A DNA stretch of 64,000 nucleotides from Camelus dromedarius (taxonomy: Eukaryota): positions 109,308,001 to 109,372,000 of the forward strand of contig NC_087436.1 in assembly GCF_036321535.1 (NCBI RefSeq), read 5' to 3'. How positions within the stretch are numbered: position 1 is the first letter of the stretch; each line of letters opens with the position of its first letter. Both the position numbers and the translations under genes were made by a program. The notes under the pieces are model-generated. The model did not search any database and was not told where the DNA came from. It was given only the letters and a program-made list of their open reading frames with translations. This document shows positions 62,801-64,000 of the stretch, piece by piece.

Positions 62801-64000
62801 CTAATTTATACTAGAATGGGAGCAGATTCATTTTCTTCTCTCCATCACTCCCCACCAGAATCAACAAGAACAACAAAAACCAAACGAACAAATCTGCTAC
62901 CAGATGTTTTTTTCCAAGATTTTTTAAGATTATTTCCCCCTTGAAGAATTTAATACCTTGGACAACCCAGCTGTTAAAGTTCACTTGAGAAGTCATCAAA
63001 GTCGAAGTTATGCTTTTAAAGGGGGGGGGGGAGGGAATAAAAGCAAAAACAAGCCCATACTGTCTGATTATGCGTGATGCGGAGGTAGGGCTTTCTGATA
63101 CTTTACCCAGGGCTCCAGTTAAACCACTTCATGCATCTCTAAGTGGTTATTCTTGTTTCTTAGAAAATGTGTACTTATAAATAAAGCTCTAACAACACAC
63201 TTTATAGAATATTTTAAAGTGCTGCTGAAAAGTTTACCTCTGTCATGACTGTTTCTTAGAGAAGCTCTTTTTCATAGTCTAATTTATTAGTTATTATTTA
63301 ACCACGCTGATGGTTTGTCTTGGTGAAACCTCTCAGAAGACAAATAATGCTTTGAAAATGTGTTGACTAAAAGAAATTTCCAGGAAAAAAAATAGTGACT
63401 CTCAAAAGCCTCATAAAATTGCTAATAATTGTTGAAGGGGGGAGGCAAATTTAACCTTATGGCAATTGGCTTCTATAGCTGCATTCTGCATAATTGGTGC
63501 CCCAATTTTTGTTGCAAGTAGAAATCAGTAATAAAATGAAATCGCTGAAATTTCAATGATCAATAAATAGCTAGCTGTCATAAAATAGCACAAATGAGGT
63601 CTAGTCAAGAGAGTCATATTATACTGTGTATCAGCCCAATAATGAGGTGTAAAAATGGTGTGTTTCAGAGGGATTTACAAATTAAAATAGGTATTTCTAG
63701 TCGTGGAAGGGGATGATGGGAGAAAGTTTTGTGAAGCTCACCTGGAGGATGTAGTGGACAAAATCTTTGAAACTGAAAGGGTCCCACAGCATTTATAAAA
63801 GCCTCTCAACATTACTCTCCCAATTTCCTTAGGTTCCCGTCTTAGAATTGCTGTCAACATCTCTTCCAATTCTGACCTTGACACATTAGCCATCACCTGT
63901 CTCAGTTCTCACTGCCTCAAAGACGCACCCTTCAGATCTTTTTCCATTACCAGCATCACCCATGACCGAAACACCCGATTGCCGCTGCAACTCTATGGGG

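Noticed and set aside
1..64000. CRISPR arrays, operons or other prokaryotic/viral systems
   Set aside because: No regularly spaced repeat-spacer array or gene-dense segment; all recognisable content is mammalian gene and repeat sequence.

Overview
Mammalian genomic DNA, AT-rich and dense in interspersed repeats. A Vic-1-like tRNA-Ala SINE and its L1 3' ends suggest a camelid (inference). The window holds the 5' end of SLIT2 on the minus strand: coding exon 1 (26759-26937; signal peptide plus LRRNT) and three 72-nt LRR exons (24003-24074, 22782-22853, 11495-11566). Intron 4 runs off the left edge. A CpG island (~25340-29300) covers the promoter, which has a TATA box at 28886-28893, GC boxes and a predicted start near 28863, implying a ~1.9 kb 5' leader. 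The ~35 kb to the right is upstream intergenic DNA made mostly of L1, L2, MIR, MaLR/ERVL LTR and hAT remnants. I found no evidence of a new protein-coding system. The best leads are non-coding: (i) a candidate 210-nt intron in the SLIT2 leader that encloses one of only three uORFs; (ii) overlapping palindromes and a four-tier G-quadruplex motif around the TATA box; (iii) an 81-bp inverted duplication inside an LTR16-like remnant that could fold into a long dsRNA hairpin; (iv) two RFX X-boxes in intron 4; and (v) an L1 with an in-frame internal ORF2 deletion. Repeat family names come from recalled consensus sequences, not from a search.
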